Shown in pieces: positions 9,807 through 19,762 of a stretch of 64,000 nucleotides of DNA. Under the pieces are notes generated by a model. The model was not told the origin of the DNA. It saw only the letters and a program-made list of their open reading frames with translations, and did not search any database. Position numbers and translations under genes: made by a program. The stretch comes from an uncultured candidate division Zixibacteria bacterium (GTDB taxonomy: Bacteria; Zixibacteria; MSB-5A5; GN15; PGXB01): contig OY969724.1 of NCBI GenBank assembly GCA_963702205.1, positions 192,001-256,000 on the forward strand, in the 5' to 3' direction. Position 1 is the first letter of the stretch, and each line of letters starts with the position of its first letter.

Positions 9807-10118
9807 TTACAGCACCCCCACATCGATCACGGGTTTGCCCAGACGTCGGGCATGATCGACTTCCCGGCGCATGCCGTCGGAAAGGCCTTCGCCGGTGAAC
9901 ACCCAGACCTCGTCGCAGATCTCCATGAACGTCAGGCCGCAGGCGATGCCTGCCTCGCGTTCGGAGGTCTTTGCGTCATCGAGAAAGCGCGTGTAGAGAA
10001 GATGCGGCGCGAAGGGCGCGCAACCGCGCTCCACCGCCTTCCGGCAAAGCCGCTCGGCAGTCGCCTTGTTCCGAGAGACATCCCCGGCGTACCGGCTGCA
10101 AATGAATACCCGTTTCAT
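9807..10118 (-). CDS. DUF4406 / nucleoside deoxyribosyltransferase-like small protein
   Basis: VFICSRY.GD, PFAPHL, CDEVWV, SDGM..E...A..LGKPV. Confidence 0.7.
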   Translation of the reverse strand: MKRVFICSRYAGDVSRNKATAERLCRKAVERGCAPFAPHLLYTRFLDDAKTSEREAGIACGLTFMEICDEVWVFTGEGLSDGMRREVDHARRLGKPVIDVGVL

Positions 10119-10125
10119 ACGTTCC

Positions 10126-13100
10126 TCACAGCGTCTCGTAGTTCTTGATCTTGCGCTCGCGCAGGTCCCGGTATACGGAACGGGCCACCTGACGTCCGTC
10201 GAGCATCGTGGTCACCGACACCTCGATGGGCCGCTCTCCAAGCTGGTCCAATTTCGCCAGCAAGGATTCGAGCACGGGGCGCAGCGTCTCCCCCGGAGGT
10301 AATGCGGGCATGCCGGACTCTGGACCGAGCACGCCCCTGGTCTCGCCGAGAAGACGGGCCTGTCCGGTGGCGAGATGAGCGGCCGGTCTCTCCATCGGCG
10401 CAGTCGCTATGGTGCTTTCCATCTTGGAGGCGACCGTTGGAGCTTCTCCCGCCATGACCGGTGTGAGCGCCAGGGTTCCCGCCAACAGGGCCGGAGCGGC
10501 AATCTTGCCCGTCAGTCCGGTCATGAATCCGAAAGCGCGCGTCATGGCCTCGGCTGGTGCGGACGCCGCCTTGGTGATGCCGCCGGCCAGGGTCTGAATC
10601 AGCGCAGCACCGCTTCGGGTCAGGTCCGCGAGCGGGCCTTCCTTGGCATCGGAGAACGGCAGCAGATTCCGCACGAACGAAAGGGCCGACTTTGCCGCTT
10701 GGTACGGCGCGCTCACGGCGGACTTGATGCCGTCGCCTACCGCGGTCATGAACGCCCTGCCGCTTTGGAACGCCGATCCCGCCAACGAGGACACGCTGGA
10801 CGCCAGAGACCCGAAGGCGCTCGATGCGGCGGTCTTGATTTGTTCCCATGCGGTCGACGCGACCGATGCCAAACCCTCGAACGGGGCCTTGATCCACTCC
10901 CAGGCGCTCTGCGCCATAGTCTTGAGGGAGTCCCAAGCGGTCGATGCCGCTCCGGTGATCCGGCTCCAGGCGGAGGCGGCGCTCCCGGCGATCCAATCGA
11001 AGGGTGCGGAAAGCAGCGACCAGGACGACTGGAACAGCGAACCGATCCGGCTCCATCCACCTTGCAGAAGGTTGCCGATTCCATCCCATGCTGCGCCGAC
11101 GGAGGTTTTGATCCGGTCCCAGGCCAATCCCGCGGAATCGGTTATCCACGAAAAGGGCGTGCTGACGAGCGACCAGGCTGTGCGCCCGACGTTGCCGATG
11201 CCGGTCCAGAGTCTTGACGCCGCGTGCTCGATGCCGTCCCAGGCAGTCCCGGCCGCGGACAACATCCATCTAAAGGGCGCGGCCAACACGCCCGCAGTTC
11301 CACGACCAAGCGCCGTGAGCCCGTCCCAAGCATTCGATGCCGCTGAGGTCACGGTGCGCCAGACCGCTGCCGCAAATTGCGCTCCCTTTCTGAACGGCCA
11401 GGTAACCGCGGAGAGGATGCCGCCTCCCATGCTTTTCAAGCCGTCCCATACCCAACGGACCGCGCCAAGCATTCCTTGCAGCGCCAGACCCAGCGCCTTG
11501 CCCGGCAGGGAGAGGACGCCGAGCATTCCCTTGGCCAGGGTCTTGAGGATGGCCGCTCCGGAGCCGGTGAGGTCCGACAGGGGGCCAGTCTCCGCGTCGG
11601 AAAACGGCAGGAGACTGCGGAGCCACCCGAGAGCCTTCTTGAGCATCTCGAACGGATAGGTGACCGCCGACCAAATGCCCTTGCCGACGGCCACGAGGAT
11701 CGCCTTGCCCGCCTCGTAGAAAGTCGTGTCGCCGGAAAGGAATCCCCGGACCGCGCCGAAGATATCGGCCAGCGTTCGGACCAGAGGCAGGTTCATGAAG
11801 GCTGCAGCCAAGGCCGATGCCGCTGAAACGAAAAAACTTCCGACGGCGGAGAAGAGTCCCTTGATGAAATCCCAAACACCGACGATCACGTCCCGGACCC
11901 AGCGGAAAGGCGTTGCCAGGAAATCGAAGATCGCTCCCCCGATGACCTTGAGTCCGTCGAGCACGGAGAGGTCGCCGGTGAGCACCCGCCAGACCGTGTA
12001 AATCACCCGGGCCGCGGCGCGGAGCGCCTCGACCAAAAGCCGGACCGGCAGAAAGAACTTGTAGATGAACTTCCCCGCCTCGATGAAAGCGGTGACAATG
12101 GTCTTGCCGAGCCAAACGACCGCGCGCACCACCCAAGCGACCACCGTGATGACGGCCACCATGTTGTAGATGACGAACTTTAGGAGATACGCTCCGACCT
12201 TGGCGATCACACCGAGTACCGTGCCGAGGGTCTCGCCGAGACTCCGGTAGGAGGAGGCATCGGCGGAAGATGCCGCCAAGCCGAAGATTTCAAGGACCGA
12301 AAAAATCGCTTTGTACAGCATGCCGTAAGCCTGCATGAGCGCCCCGACCGCGGGTTCGAGAATCGCCCTGATCTTTCCGAACGTATCGGAGAATGCCTCC
12401 CATAAGCCGGTCAGAAACTGGCGCACCCGGTAGTAGATGCGGAAGACCGTGACCACCAGTCCCATCAGCCCGGCCTGTTCGAGCTTCTGCGCCAGGTCGG
12501 CCGACATGGTCCCGGCACCGCCGGAAAGCGAGGTGACCAGCGCCCGAATCCCCTGGAATACGAGTTGCACCTTTTCCCACGCGCCGAGGATGGTGTCCCG
12601 GATGCCGGCGAAGTTGGTCTCCCAAGCCCGTTTGAGGAGATAGACGGCGAGCACCACACCGCCGATGATCGCGACCACCGGAAGGAAATATGCGGCGAAC
12701 GTGCTTCCCACACCGGCGATTGCCGCGCCCATGGCGGCAAGCCCCGCCTTGATGGCGGGGAGCATCAGGCCGATGGTCCCGGCCACGGCGATCACTCCAC
12801 CGACGACGACCAGCACGGCACCCAGCGCCATGGACAAGGTCAGGAGGACCCTGGTCAACCCCGGCATCGAACGTGCGAGCTTCTGGAAAAACAGGACGGC
12901 CTTCGATATCCCCTGGATGATCGGCGTGACCACCGGCAGGAGCGTGCGGCCGAGGATTTCAGCGAGGTTTCCGACCTGCTGGCGCACAAGCTGGAACTGA
13001 CTCCCGATATCCATATTCATGGCCCGCGCCATTTCTTCAGTGACGGCGGTGCCGGTCTTCATCGCGTGTTCGATGGAGCTGATGTTGCCCTCCAGGGACT

Positions 13101-14031
13101 CCATCCCCTGGGACATCTGGAGCAGGAACTTCACCGCTTCGTCGGAGCCGAACGCTTTCTTGATCTGCACCTGCGCGGCGGCTTGGGACAGGTCCGGAAA
13201 GCGCGACTTGATCTCCTGGAGAATGGGGATGACCCCCTTGAGTCTCCCCGTGGAATCCACGAAGGACAGCCCCAACTGCTCACCGGCTTCCGCCGCCTTC
13301 ATGATGAAAGCCTTGTAAAGCGTTCCGGCTTCCGAACCGGGCATGGTGGTCTGCAGTTGTCCGAGAATGGCGAGCTGTTCCTGCAGCGGAATGTTGGAGG
13401 AGGCGGCCACCGCACCGATGTTTTTGACGGCTTCCGCCATCTGCGCCCCTGTGGTCTTGAACGACGCCACGGTCTGGGCCATGGCTCCGGAGAAGGCCTT
13501 GGCCCACTCCATGTCGGTCATATCCGCCATGATCGGTTTGAAGATGCCGTACCCACTGGTGAAGGTGCCGACCATCTCCTGGATGCTGGCTTTCGTGGCT
13601 TTCGCGGTCAGGGCTGCCATGGCGGAGAATGTGCCCACGGCTTCGTCGCTCAAGGCGGATAGCGCCGACTTGACGTCGTAGGCCGCGCTGATGAACTCGG
13701 CCTTGCTGTAACCGGCCCAGGTATTGGTGAAGCTCTCGGAGGCGTCCTCGAGAGCGCGAAGGTCCTTGATTCCGAGCGATGCCATCTCGCCCAGGGCTTT
13801 CTGGGTCGCGGCGGTGGAGGCCACGAGTCCGACGGGCACGGCCATAAGCGCCAGGCCCGCACCGATCATCATGGTGCCTTTCTGGATTCGGTCGAGATTG
13901 CGCGTCATGCGCTCGCTGGAGGCGGCCACCGTCGCGTCCAGCGACTGCATGGACGACTGGACCCGACCCGCGTTCTGCGAGAACGCGTCCTTCATCGAAA
14001 CGATGATGCCGAGTCCAAGATCTCCGTTCAT
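10126..14031 (-). CDS. Tape measure protein
   Basis: 1301 aa, TP901-like core, hydrophobic helices, Trp-periodic repeats. Confidence 0.93.
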   Translation of the reverse strand: MNGDLGLGIIVSMKDAFSQNAGRVQSSMQSLDATVAASSERMTRNLDRIQKGTMMIGAGLALMAVPVGLVASTAATQKALGEMASLGIKDLRALEDASESFTNTWAGYSKAEFISAAYDVKSALSALSDEAVGTFSAMAALTAKATKASIQEMVGTFTSGYGIFKPIMADMTDMEWAKAFSGAMAQTVASFKTTGAQMAEAVKNIGAVAASSNIPLQEQLAILGQLQTTMPGSEAGTLYKAFIMKAAEAGEQLGLSFVDSTGRLKGVIPILQEIKSRFPDLSQAAAQVQIKKAFGSDEAVKFLLQMSQGMESLEGNISSIEHAMKTGTAVTEEMARAMNMDIGSQFQLVRQQVGNLAEILGRTLLPVVTPIIQGISKAVLFFQKLARSMPGLTRVLLTLSMALGAVLVVVGGVIAVAGTIGLMLPAIKAGLAAMGAAIAGVGSTFAAYFLPVVAIIGGVVLAVYLLKRAWETNFAGIRDTILGAWEKVQLVFQGIRALVTSLSGGAGTMSADLAQKLEQAGLMGLVVTVFRIYYRVRQFLTGLWEAFSDTFGKIRAILEPAVGALMQAYGMLYKAIFSVLEIFGLAASSADASSYRSLGETLGTVLGVIAKVGAYLLKFVIYNMVAVITVVAWVVRAVVWLGKTIVTAFIEAGKFIYKFFLPVRLLVEALRAAARVIYTVWRVLTGDLSVLDGLKVIGGAIFDFLATPFRWVRDVIVGVWDFIKGLFSAVGSFFVSAASALAAAFMNLPLVRTLADIFGAVRGFLSGDTTFYEAGKAILVAVGKGIWSAVTYPFEMLKKALGWLRSLLPFSDAETGPLSDLTGSGAAILKTLAKGMLGVLSLPGKALGLALQGMLGAVRWVWDGLKSMGGGILSAVTWPFRKGAQFAAAVWRTVTSAASNAWDGLTALGRGTAGVLAAPFRWMLSAAGTAWDGIEHAASRLWTGIGNVGRTAWSLVSTPFSWITDSAGLAWDRIKTSVGAAWDGIGNLLQGGWSRIGSLFQSSWSLLSAPFDWIAGSAASAWSRITGAASTAWDSLKTMAQSAWEWIKAPFEGLASVASTAWEQIKTAASSAFGSLASSVSSLAGSAFQSGRAFMTAVGDGIKSAVSAPYQAAKSALSFVRNLLPFSDAKEGPLADLTRSGAALIQTLAGGITKAASAPAEAMTRAFGFMTGLTGKIAAPALLAGTLALTPVMAGEAPTVASKMESTIATAPMERPAAHLATGQARLLGETRGVLGPESGMPALPPGETLRPVLESLLAKLDQLGERPIEVSVTTMLDGRQVARSVYRDLRERKIKNYETL

Positions 14032-14207
14032 GTGCGCCTGCGCTCCAGTTCTTCACGCTCAAAAGCAAGCTGCCGCTCCAGGGCCTCCACAAATTCGCGG
14101 CGGACCGAGAGCGGCAGCGCCTGTGTTTCCGAGAAACTCCAGTGGAGCCCGCCGTAGGCGAGAAAAAACGCGTCCCTTACAAGCGAACTCCGGGGAACAA
14201 AAAACCC
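14028..14207 (-). CDS. -1 frameshift extension of the tail assembly chaperone (gpGT-like)
   Basis: G GGT TTT slippery heptamer at 14207-14201; the -1 frame is open to a TGA overlapping the tape measure ATG. Confidence 0.8.
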   Translation of the reverse strand, partial: GFFVPRSSLVRDAFFLAYGGLHWSFSETQALPLSVRREFVEALERQLAFEREELERRRT

Positions 14208-14854
14208 GGTTCCGCCTCCAGCCGGGTGCGGATACGCATCCCGCAGGATTCGCAGTCGGTCTCCACGGTTGTGTCGACACCCGCGTCCACCCTCAGCATT
14301 TCCTGCCGGAGGGCGCTGCGGTCACGCATCGACATATCGTTCATGAGCTTCTTGGTCGGCTGCGCGCCGTCCACGTCGATGATTCGGATCAGCATGGCCG
14401 AGGAGATGGAAGGCTCCTTGAGAGCGGCCAGGCGTTTTTCCTTGTTGCCGTCCAGATAGCCGAACCGGACCTTGCGCCCGGAGCCGGGGAGCATGAAAGC
14501 GAATTCCCTTTCCTCTCCGTAAGGCGTGACATCCAGCTCTTCCAGGTTGACCGTGACGGCGTTCGACGCCCGGCAGGCGGTGTTCGGGCAGGTCAGTTCC
14601 AGCTCGACCTCGTCGCCGAGAGAGACCTGACGCAGGCGGACCAGAATGAACAACCGGTCCCCGGAGAGGAGATCGAGAACGTCCTTCACCGTCGGTTCGT
14701 CGTTGTCCCCCAGCCGCACGATGCAGTTCTTGAGAGCCTGGTTGACGGCGTCTCCCGTCCGGATGAGGCGCTGATTGGTGAGCAGTTCCTCTTCGGCCCC
14801 GGTCATCTCCCGGAGTTCGATCTCGAGGCCGCTCGGCAATTCAAAGGTGTGCAT
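14177..14854 (-). CDS. Tail assembly chaperone
   Basis: Between tube and tape measure; LREMTGAEEELL, DR..IL..LR.VS.G, two Cys pairs. Confidence 0.8.
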   Translation of the reverse strand: MHTFELPSGLEIELREMTGAEEELLTNQRLIRTGDAVNQALKNCIVRLGDNDEPTVKDVLDLLSGDRLFILVRLRQVSLGDEVELELTCPNTACRASNAVTVNLEELDVTPYGEEREFAFMLPGSGRKVRFGYLDGNKEKRLAALKEPSISSAMLIRIIDVDGAQPTKKLMNDMSMRDRSALRQEMLRVDAGVDTTVETDCESCGMRIRTRLEAEPGFLFPGVRL

Positions 14855-14870
14855 GGTCTACCTCCTCGGA

Positions 14871-15332
14871 TCAGGTCCAGTACTGGAAACAAATGGTGAG
14901 TTTCTCGATGGTGTTGTCCGTGTTCGCGCCCTCGAGTTCGTCGTACTCCAGTACCTTGGTCCACGCGCCGTGCAGGGTCCACCGTCGCGTCTCGTTGCCG
15001 GTTCGGTCGTAGCGGACGAGGTCGATGTCGCGCATGTAGTCGTTGGGCAGACCGCCGACCACGGCGTTGACGTCCACCTGTTTCTTGATCCACTCCCTGG
15101 CGGCTTCGTCGGAACCGTCCTGGAGAATCCCTTTCTCCAGGGTGATATCCTCGAACTTGACCCGTCCGGCCACCTTTTGGTCGAACATGGAACCGGCCGG
15201 CGCGAAGGCCACTTCCTCGAACTCGGTCTTGGGTTCCTGGCCCTTCCTGAAGAGCGCCACGTCGAAGCCGTTCACCTCGACGGCGAATTGCCAGTTCTGA
15301 TACAAACTCTTGGGCATATTGCCGCTGCGCAT
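14871..15332 (-). CDS. Tail tube protein (T4 gp19-like)
   Basis: KVAGRVKFEDITLEKG, RRWTL.GAW, IEKLTI; follows sheath. Confidence 0.9.
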   Translation of the reverse strand: MRSGNMPKSLYQNWQFAVEVNGFDVALFRKGQEPKTEFEEVAFAPAGSMFDQKVAGRVKFEDITLEKGILQDGSDEAAREWIKKQVDVNAVVGGLPNDYMRDIDLVRYDRTGNETRRWTLHGAWTKVLEYDELEGANTDNTIEKLTICFQYWT

Positions 15333-15343
15333 GACTTACCTCC

Positions 15344-17200
15344 TTACCCGGTCTTGAAAATCTCTTTGAAATCGGCCCCAGTGGCGGTGAGCACGAAGTT
15401 GAGCTCGATGAATTCCGCCGTTTTGGTCGGCTTGACGAAGACGCGCGCCATGAGTTCGTTGCGGTCGATCACGGCCGGGGTGTTGGTCTCCTCGTCGCAC
15501 TGGACGGCGAAGTCGTAGAGGCCGCCCTTGTCCTTGATGTCCTGCATGAACGGGTTGATCAGCCGGATCAGCGCGCGCCAGGTCTGCGGGTTGTTGGGCT
15601 CGAAGACCACGAAACGCGAGGACTCGGCGATGGCCTCCTCGATGAACATCATCAGCCGCCGCACGTTCACTCGGTCGAGGGCTGAGGGCTGGCTCTGCAG
15701 CGTCTTTTGCCCCCAGATGTTGATACCGCTGTCGGGGAAGGAGGCGATCACGTTGACGCCCTCGGGATAGAGGACATCCCGTTCGCCCCGGCTGGTCTTG
15801 TAGCCCAGCGACAGGGCGTTGAAGATTCGGCCGCGGTCGATGCCGGCGGGCGCGTACCAGACGTGGGCCTTCTTGTCGCTGCGGGCATAGCACCCGGCCA
15901 CCGCACCGCTCGGGGGGATCAGTTTGCGCTTGCCGGTCACCGGGTCGTTGATCTCGATCCAGGGATAGTAGAGCGCGGCATAGGACGAGTTGAAGGCACC
16001 GTGGGAATACATCCCCTGGCCCTTGCGGAAATCGACCGCTTCCAATGGTTCGAGGTGAATGGGCGTTTCGGCGAGGAGCATGAGGTCCTGGCGGTTTTCC
16101 GCATAGGTGACACCGGCGTGGATCACCTCGGCGGTCGTCACGCCGGGAACCATGATCAGGTTCAGCGCATCGATCTCGTCGAAGGCGTAGAAACCGGTGT
16201 GCTGGGAGGGATCTCCGGAGTAGTCCGCGTCGTCCAATCCTGTAACTCCGTCGTCTCCTCCCGACAGATCGAACACTCCGATGACGGGCCGATCCGCAGG
16301 CAGGCCGGATGCGGTTCCGAGGTCCTCGAGGGTGATGTAGTCCGACCGCTCGTTGACAGCGATTTCGACGTGATTCGGAGCGGTTTCGTCCATGGAGAGG
16401 TCCTTGAAGACCTCCACCACCTCACCTTTGTGGCGAACCACCAGGTTGAACGCGCCGGTCGGATCGAGAGAACCGTCTTCGACCTGGACGGAGAGCCGGT
16501 CGCCCCAGGTTCCTTCGTCGGCCGCACGCACCTTGAGTGTGTCCAGCGCGTCCATGCCTCCGGACAGGTTGGCCGCAGCCGCGGCTTGGACGACTCCCGT
16601 GTCCTGTGTTTCCGCCGTGACCAGCGCAGCCGCCTCTGGAGTCCCGGTGACGGCGGCGACCACTTGGTCAGCGGTGGAGACCGGATCGCCCGCTCCGTCG
16701 GTTGCCAGATTGACGGTGACCGCTTCTCCCAAGACCTCAACGGACAGCGGCGTATCGTTTCCCGCAACGACGAGTTCGAGGGAGACGGCGTTTCCCGCAA
16801 CCCCCGGCTGAATCGCCCGCCACGCAATGCGATCCGATCCGATAGTGCCGGATGCGAGCATTGCCGTGGCGACACGCCGGTCCTTGAGGATGGCCTGGGC
16901 CTTCACGGCGGTCAGTGTGTTCCGGTTTGTGGGGTCCGTCAGATGAGCGATGCGATTTACGAAAAGTACGGAGCCGCCGTTGTCGAAGAACGCCCTTGCA
17001 GCGTAGGCGAGGTAGCCGACCTGTATATAGGAGCCGAACTTGTTGATGAACTGTTCCCAGCTCGTGACCAGCACGGGCTTGTTGATAGGGCCACGTTCGG
17101 CCACGCCCACCATGCCGCAGGAGGAAGTGGAGATCTGCTTGACGTAGAAGCTGAAGTCGACTTCGCGGGTATAGATGCCGGGTGAAAGATATGTGCCCAT
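15344..17200 (-). CDS. Contractile tail sheath protein
   Basis: YLSPGIYTREVD, YYPWI, WYAPAG, IWGQKTL, VNVRRL, VFEPN. Confidence 0.96.
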   Translation of the reverse strand: MGTYLSPGIYTREVDFSFYVKQISTSSCGMVGVAERGPINKPVLVTSWEQFINKFGSYIQVGYLAYAARAFFDNGGSVLFVNRIAHLTDPTNRNTLTAVKAQAILKDRRVATAMLASGTIGSDRIAWRAIQPGVAGNAVSLELVVAGNDTPLSVEVLGEAVTVNLATDGAGDPVSTADQVVAAVTGTPEAAALVTAETQDTGVVQAAAAANLSGGMDALDTLKVRAADEGTWGDRLSVQVEDGSLDPTGAFNLVVRHKGEVVEVFKDLSMDETAPNHVEIAVNERSDYITLEDLGTASGLPADRPVIGVFDLSGGDDGVTGLDDADYSGDPSQHTGFYAFDEIDALNLIMVPGVTTAEVIHAGVTYAENRQDLMLLAETPIHLEPLEAVDFRKGQGMYSHGAFNSSYAALYYPWIEINDPVTGKRKLIPPSGAVAGCYARSDKKAHVWYAPAGIDRGRIFNALSLGYKTSRGERDVLYPEGVNVIASFPDSGINIWGQKTLQSQPSALDRVNVRRLMMFIEEAIAESSRFVVFEPNNPQTWRALIRLINPFMQDIKDKGGLYDFAVQCDEETNTPAVIDRNELMARVFVKPTKTAEFIELNFVLTATGADFKEIFKTG

Positions 17201-17203
17201 GGT

Positions 17204-17473
17204 TTACCTCCGTTTCCGGCGTTTGCCGCCGTTTTCGCCGCCGATGTCCACTCCGATCTCGACCGGTTCATCCCGCGGATGCTCGGGTTCGGGAGCGATC
17301 GGCGTCACCGGCGTCAGCGACACAAAACCACGCTTCACGGCAACGTCGATCTCGGGGGAGATGTCGGCCTCGTTCAGCGTTCTGCGTTCACGAGGGTTCA
17401 GATGCAGCCCCCGGCCGCCTTCCGCGAGGTGGAAAGTGAGCGGCTGGAAAAGAAGATTCTTGATTTCGATCAC
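17204..17473 (-). CDS. Hypothetical protein
   Basis: GTG start with AGGAGG RBS; fills the gap before the sheath gene. Confidence 0.6.
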   Translation of the reverse strand: MIEIKNLLFQPLTFHLAEGGRGLHLNPRERRTLNEADISPEIDVAVKRGFVSLTPVTPIAPEPEHPRDEPVEIGVDIGGENGGKRRKRR

Positions 17474-17490
17474 AGTGGTTCCTCCTTGTG

Positions 17491-18039
17491 TCATGGGGTG
17501 TGGAGCCGATCCTCATCGACGCCGTCCCGGAACTCGAACCGACGGTCCTTGATGAGCGGCCCCGTTTCGACGAGGCCGTCGTAGACTGGGCAGTCCTCGA
17601 TCCGGCAGCGGCCGCTGCTCTGGCGCAGGTTGGAGAGGTTGACCCGGCGCAGTCCACCCAAGGGCACGATCTCCGTCAGGTTGAGGGAGCCTCGGTCTTC
17701 CACGGCCAGGACTGCGTGAAGCTGATAGAAACGCGCGACCCGTTCCTGGAGGTCCAGCAGATCGCCTTCATGGCCGGCGGTGACGATGACGTCGAACTCG
17801 AGGTGGTAAAGCCGGGGGTGACGGCACTGCTCATAAACGAGGTTCGGGATGTCCTTTTCCACCATACGGGCCATGGTGCGGCGGTCGCCGTTTTCGACCA
17901 GCGTCGGTCCCTGCAGGATCAGGCTCGGCACGTTCGGCACCTCGAAGACGTCGTCCGCGGCGACGAGCACCGCGTCCGGGTCGATCTCCGCCTTGACCAG
18001 GCGGATCAGGTTTTCAACGACTGTGCGAACGGTTTCCAA
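17491..18039 (-). CDS. Putative tail terminator/completion protein
   Basis: 182 aa; position upstream of the sheath. Confidence 0.55.
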   Translation of the reverse strand: METVRTVVENLIRLVKAEIDPDAVLVAADDVFEVPNVPSLILQGPTLVENGDRRTMARMVEKDIPNLVYEQCRHPRLYHLEFDVIVTAGHEGDLLDLQERVARFYQLHAVLAVEDRGSLNLTEIVPLGGLRRVNLSNLRQSSGRCRIEDCPVYDGLVETGPLIKDRRFEFRDGVDEDRLHTP

Positions 18040-18074
18040 GTCGGGTTCCTCCGGTTCGAGCGACTGTTTCCGCT

Positions 18075-18107
18075 GGATACCTACCGGAGGCGGACGGGAA
18101 GTGTCGG
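18075..18107 (-). promoter_or_regulatory. Phage bipartite promoter motif, copy 3
   Basis: CCGAC-N15-CCGGTAGGTATC upstream of the tail operon. Confidence 0.78.
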
Positions 18108-18114
18108 CGGAGGA

Positions 18115-18600
18115 TCAGAGCGCCGAACGGATCGCTTGGCGGTAGTTCTCGATGATCCGCTCGCGATACTTCTCCATGGTGGGATGCAGGAAGGGACGGG
18201 GCGGGATGACGATCACCGCGCCGTTGGGATGTTGGATGGTGGCTCCGTACTCCATCACCGCGCCGATGTTCACGAGGTCGTCGCCGTCCTTGTTGACCGT
18301 GCCGCGCAGAAGTCCCACGAAAGCCCGGTCTGAGAGGATGCGCTGCGTGATGGAATTGATCAGAAAACCGGTGTCGATCAGGGCCTTGCTGGAACCCTTG
18401 CGCGCGATAGTGCTCTCGGCCAGCTTGACGAACGCCTTGCCGCCCGGTGCCTGGGAGCGGATGCCGCGCTTGATCTCGCGGACGAGGAGAAGGGCGTTCT
18501 TGATGGTCGCCTGCCTGATCGCCAGCGCGAGTCGGGCTCCGGGATTGGCGGCCAGCTTCGATTTCGCTTTGTCCCAGTCGCCGAAACGCTTAACTCCCAT
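18115..18600 (-). CDS. Virion morphogenesis / neck protein
   Basis: LAESTIARKG..KALIDTG.L.NSI, EYGA, IPPRPFL. Confidence 0.85.
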   Translation of the reverse strand: MGVKRFGDWDKAKSKLAANPGARLALAIRQATIKNALLLVREIKRGIRSQAPGGKAFVKLAESTIARKGSSKALIDTGFLINSITQRILSDRAFVGLLRGTVNKDGDDLVNIGAVMEYGATIQHPNGAVIVIPPRPFLHPTMEKYRERIIENYRQAIRSAL

Positions 18601-18952
18601 GGATGCGCACCAGCTTCAGTACCTTGTGGGTTGCGACGCCGAAAAGACGCTCCTCCACTACGGTCTGAACCCGAAACACGTCCGCTCCGCTTTGCACCCG
18701 GTCTTCCGGTCTTACGTCCAGTCCGGGCAGCACGCAGGCCGTGGCGTCGATCTTGTTGGCGAGGTCTTCCGGCGGCGTTTCGATAAACTCGAGCGGAAAG
18801 GTCTCCACCTCGGCGAAAGATGCGTCGTCCGATCCGTACAATCGCTCGCCCGGAACGACGCGCAGCAACGCGGCTTCCTGTGAGCTTGCCAGGATCAGCT
18901 CTCTCACGTCCCCGGCGGCGGCCGCTTTCTCTGGATCGCTCAGCAGGTTCAA
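18590..18952 (-). CDS. Putative head closure protein
   Basis: 120 aa, coupled, neck position. Confidence 0.55.
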   Translation of the reverse strand: MNLLSDPEKAAAAGDVRELILASSQEAALLRVVPGERLYGSDDASFAEVETFPLEFIETPPEDLANKIDATACVLPGLDVRPEDRVQSGADVFRVQTVVEERLFGVATHKVLKLVRIHGS

Positions 18953-19401
18953 AGGTCGCTTCCTTGATCGTAGATGACCGGCGCGAGTCCGCCGGGCGTG
19001 ATGATGTAGTCCTCCGGCGACGCGGCGGCTCCCGGCTTGATTTCACCCAGCCGCTGTTTGTAGACGGCCTTGAGGTCCTCTTCGAGTCCAGCCCAATGCT
19101 CGGGCTGCTTGGTCTTGTCCACCCGCTTGTCGCCGCTGGAAAAGGCGAACGCATTGGCGGTCTGGGCCCGCATGACCTGGCACGCATGAATCTGGCCCAG
19201 CAGGAGCAGCAACTCGCGCGGCTCGCCTTCCGGCTCCGGAACGACCTCTCCGTTTACGACGGAAAGTGAGAGTTCCAGGTCGCGCGCCAGCCGATGCACG
19301 CCCTTCAGGATGCAGCGGGAAAGGACGTCCTCGCTGAACAGCTCGCCCTGGGGATCGGACAGGTCGGTCCGGAGAACGGCGACAAGATCAGTCAGCGCCA
19401 C
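18949..19401 (-). CDS. Putative head-tail adaptor
   Basis: LR..L.D....LFSE N-terminus; downstream of capsid. Confidence 0.55.
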   Translation of the reverse strand: MALTDLVAVLRTDLSDPQGELFSEDVLSRCILKGVHRLARDLELSLSVVNGEVVPEPEGEPRELLLLLGQIHACQVMRAQTANAFAFSSGDKRVDKTKQPEHWAGLEEDLKAVYKQRLGEIKPGAAASPEDYIITPGGLAPVIYDQGSDL

Positions 19402-19750
19402 CTTCCACCTCCGTCAACCGCTTCTTGAGGGCCTCGATCACCGTCCTTCGTTTCTCGCCCGCCAAGTGAGCTTTGAGCCTGTCGGGGTCGCCCTCGGTGC
19501 CGATCCGGGAGATGGCCTCGGCTGCGGTGAGCCCTGAGAAGTCTTCGTCTTGAGTACCGGTCGGAGGGCTTTCGTCCTGTTTCCGGTGATCATCCTTGCC
19601 ATCCATCCGCACGAGCCTTCCCGCGGACAATGCCGACTCCATCTGAGGAGAGATGGAATCCGTTTCAAAGGCCTGGCCCGGGTCGAGGCGCAGTTTGGCG
19701 TCGGCGATGATCAAGACTCCCGGGCGGATGTTCTTCAGTTTCACCGTCAC
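19388..19750 (-). CDS. Hypothetical head-associated protein
   Basis: C-terminal L....A...I.....D.L......EKRRTVIEAL helical motif common after capsid genes. Confidence 0.6.
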   Translation of the reverse strand: MTVKLKNIRPGVLIIADAKLRLDPGQAFETDSISPQMESALSAGRLVRMDGKDDHRKQDESPPTGTQDEDFSGLTAAEAISRIGTEGDPDRLKAHLAGEKRRTVIEALKKRLTEVEGGAD

Positions 19751-19762
19751 AACTCACCTCCG

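Noticed and set aside
1230..17200. Extracellular contractile injection system or T6SS (PAAR, VgrG-like spike, gp25, sheath, tube)
   Set aside because: Terminase, portal, capsid and tape measure genes are contiguous, so this is a phage tail
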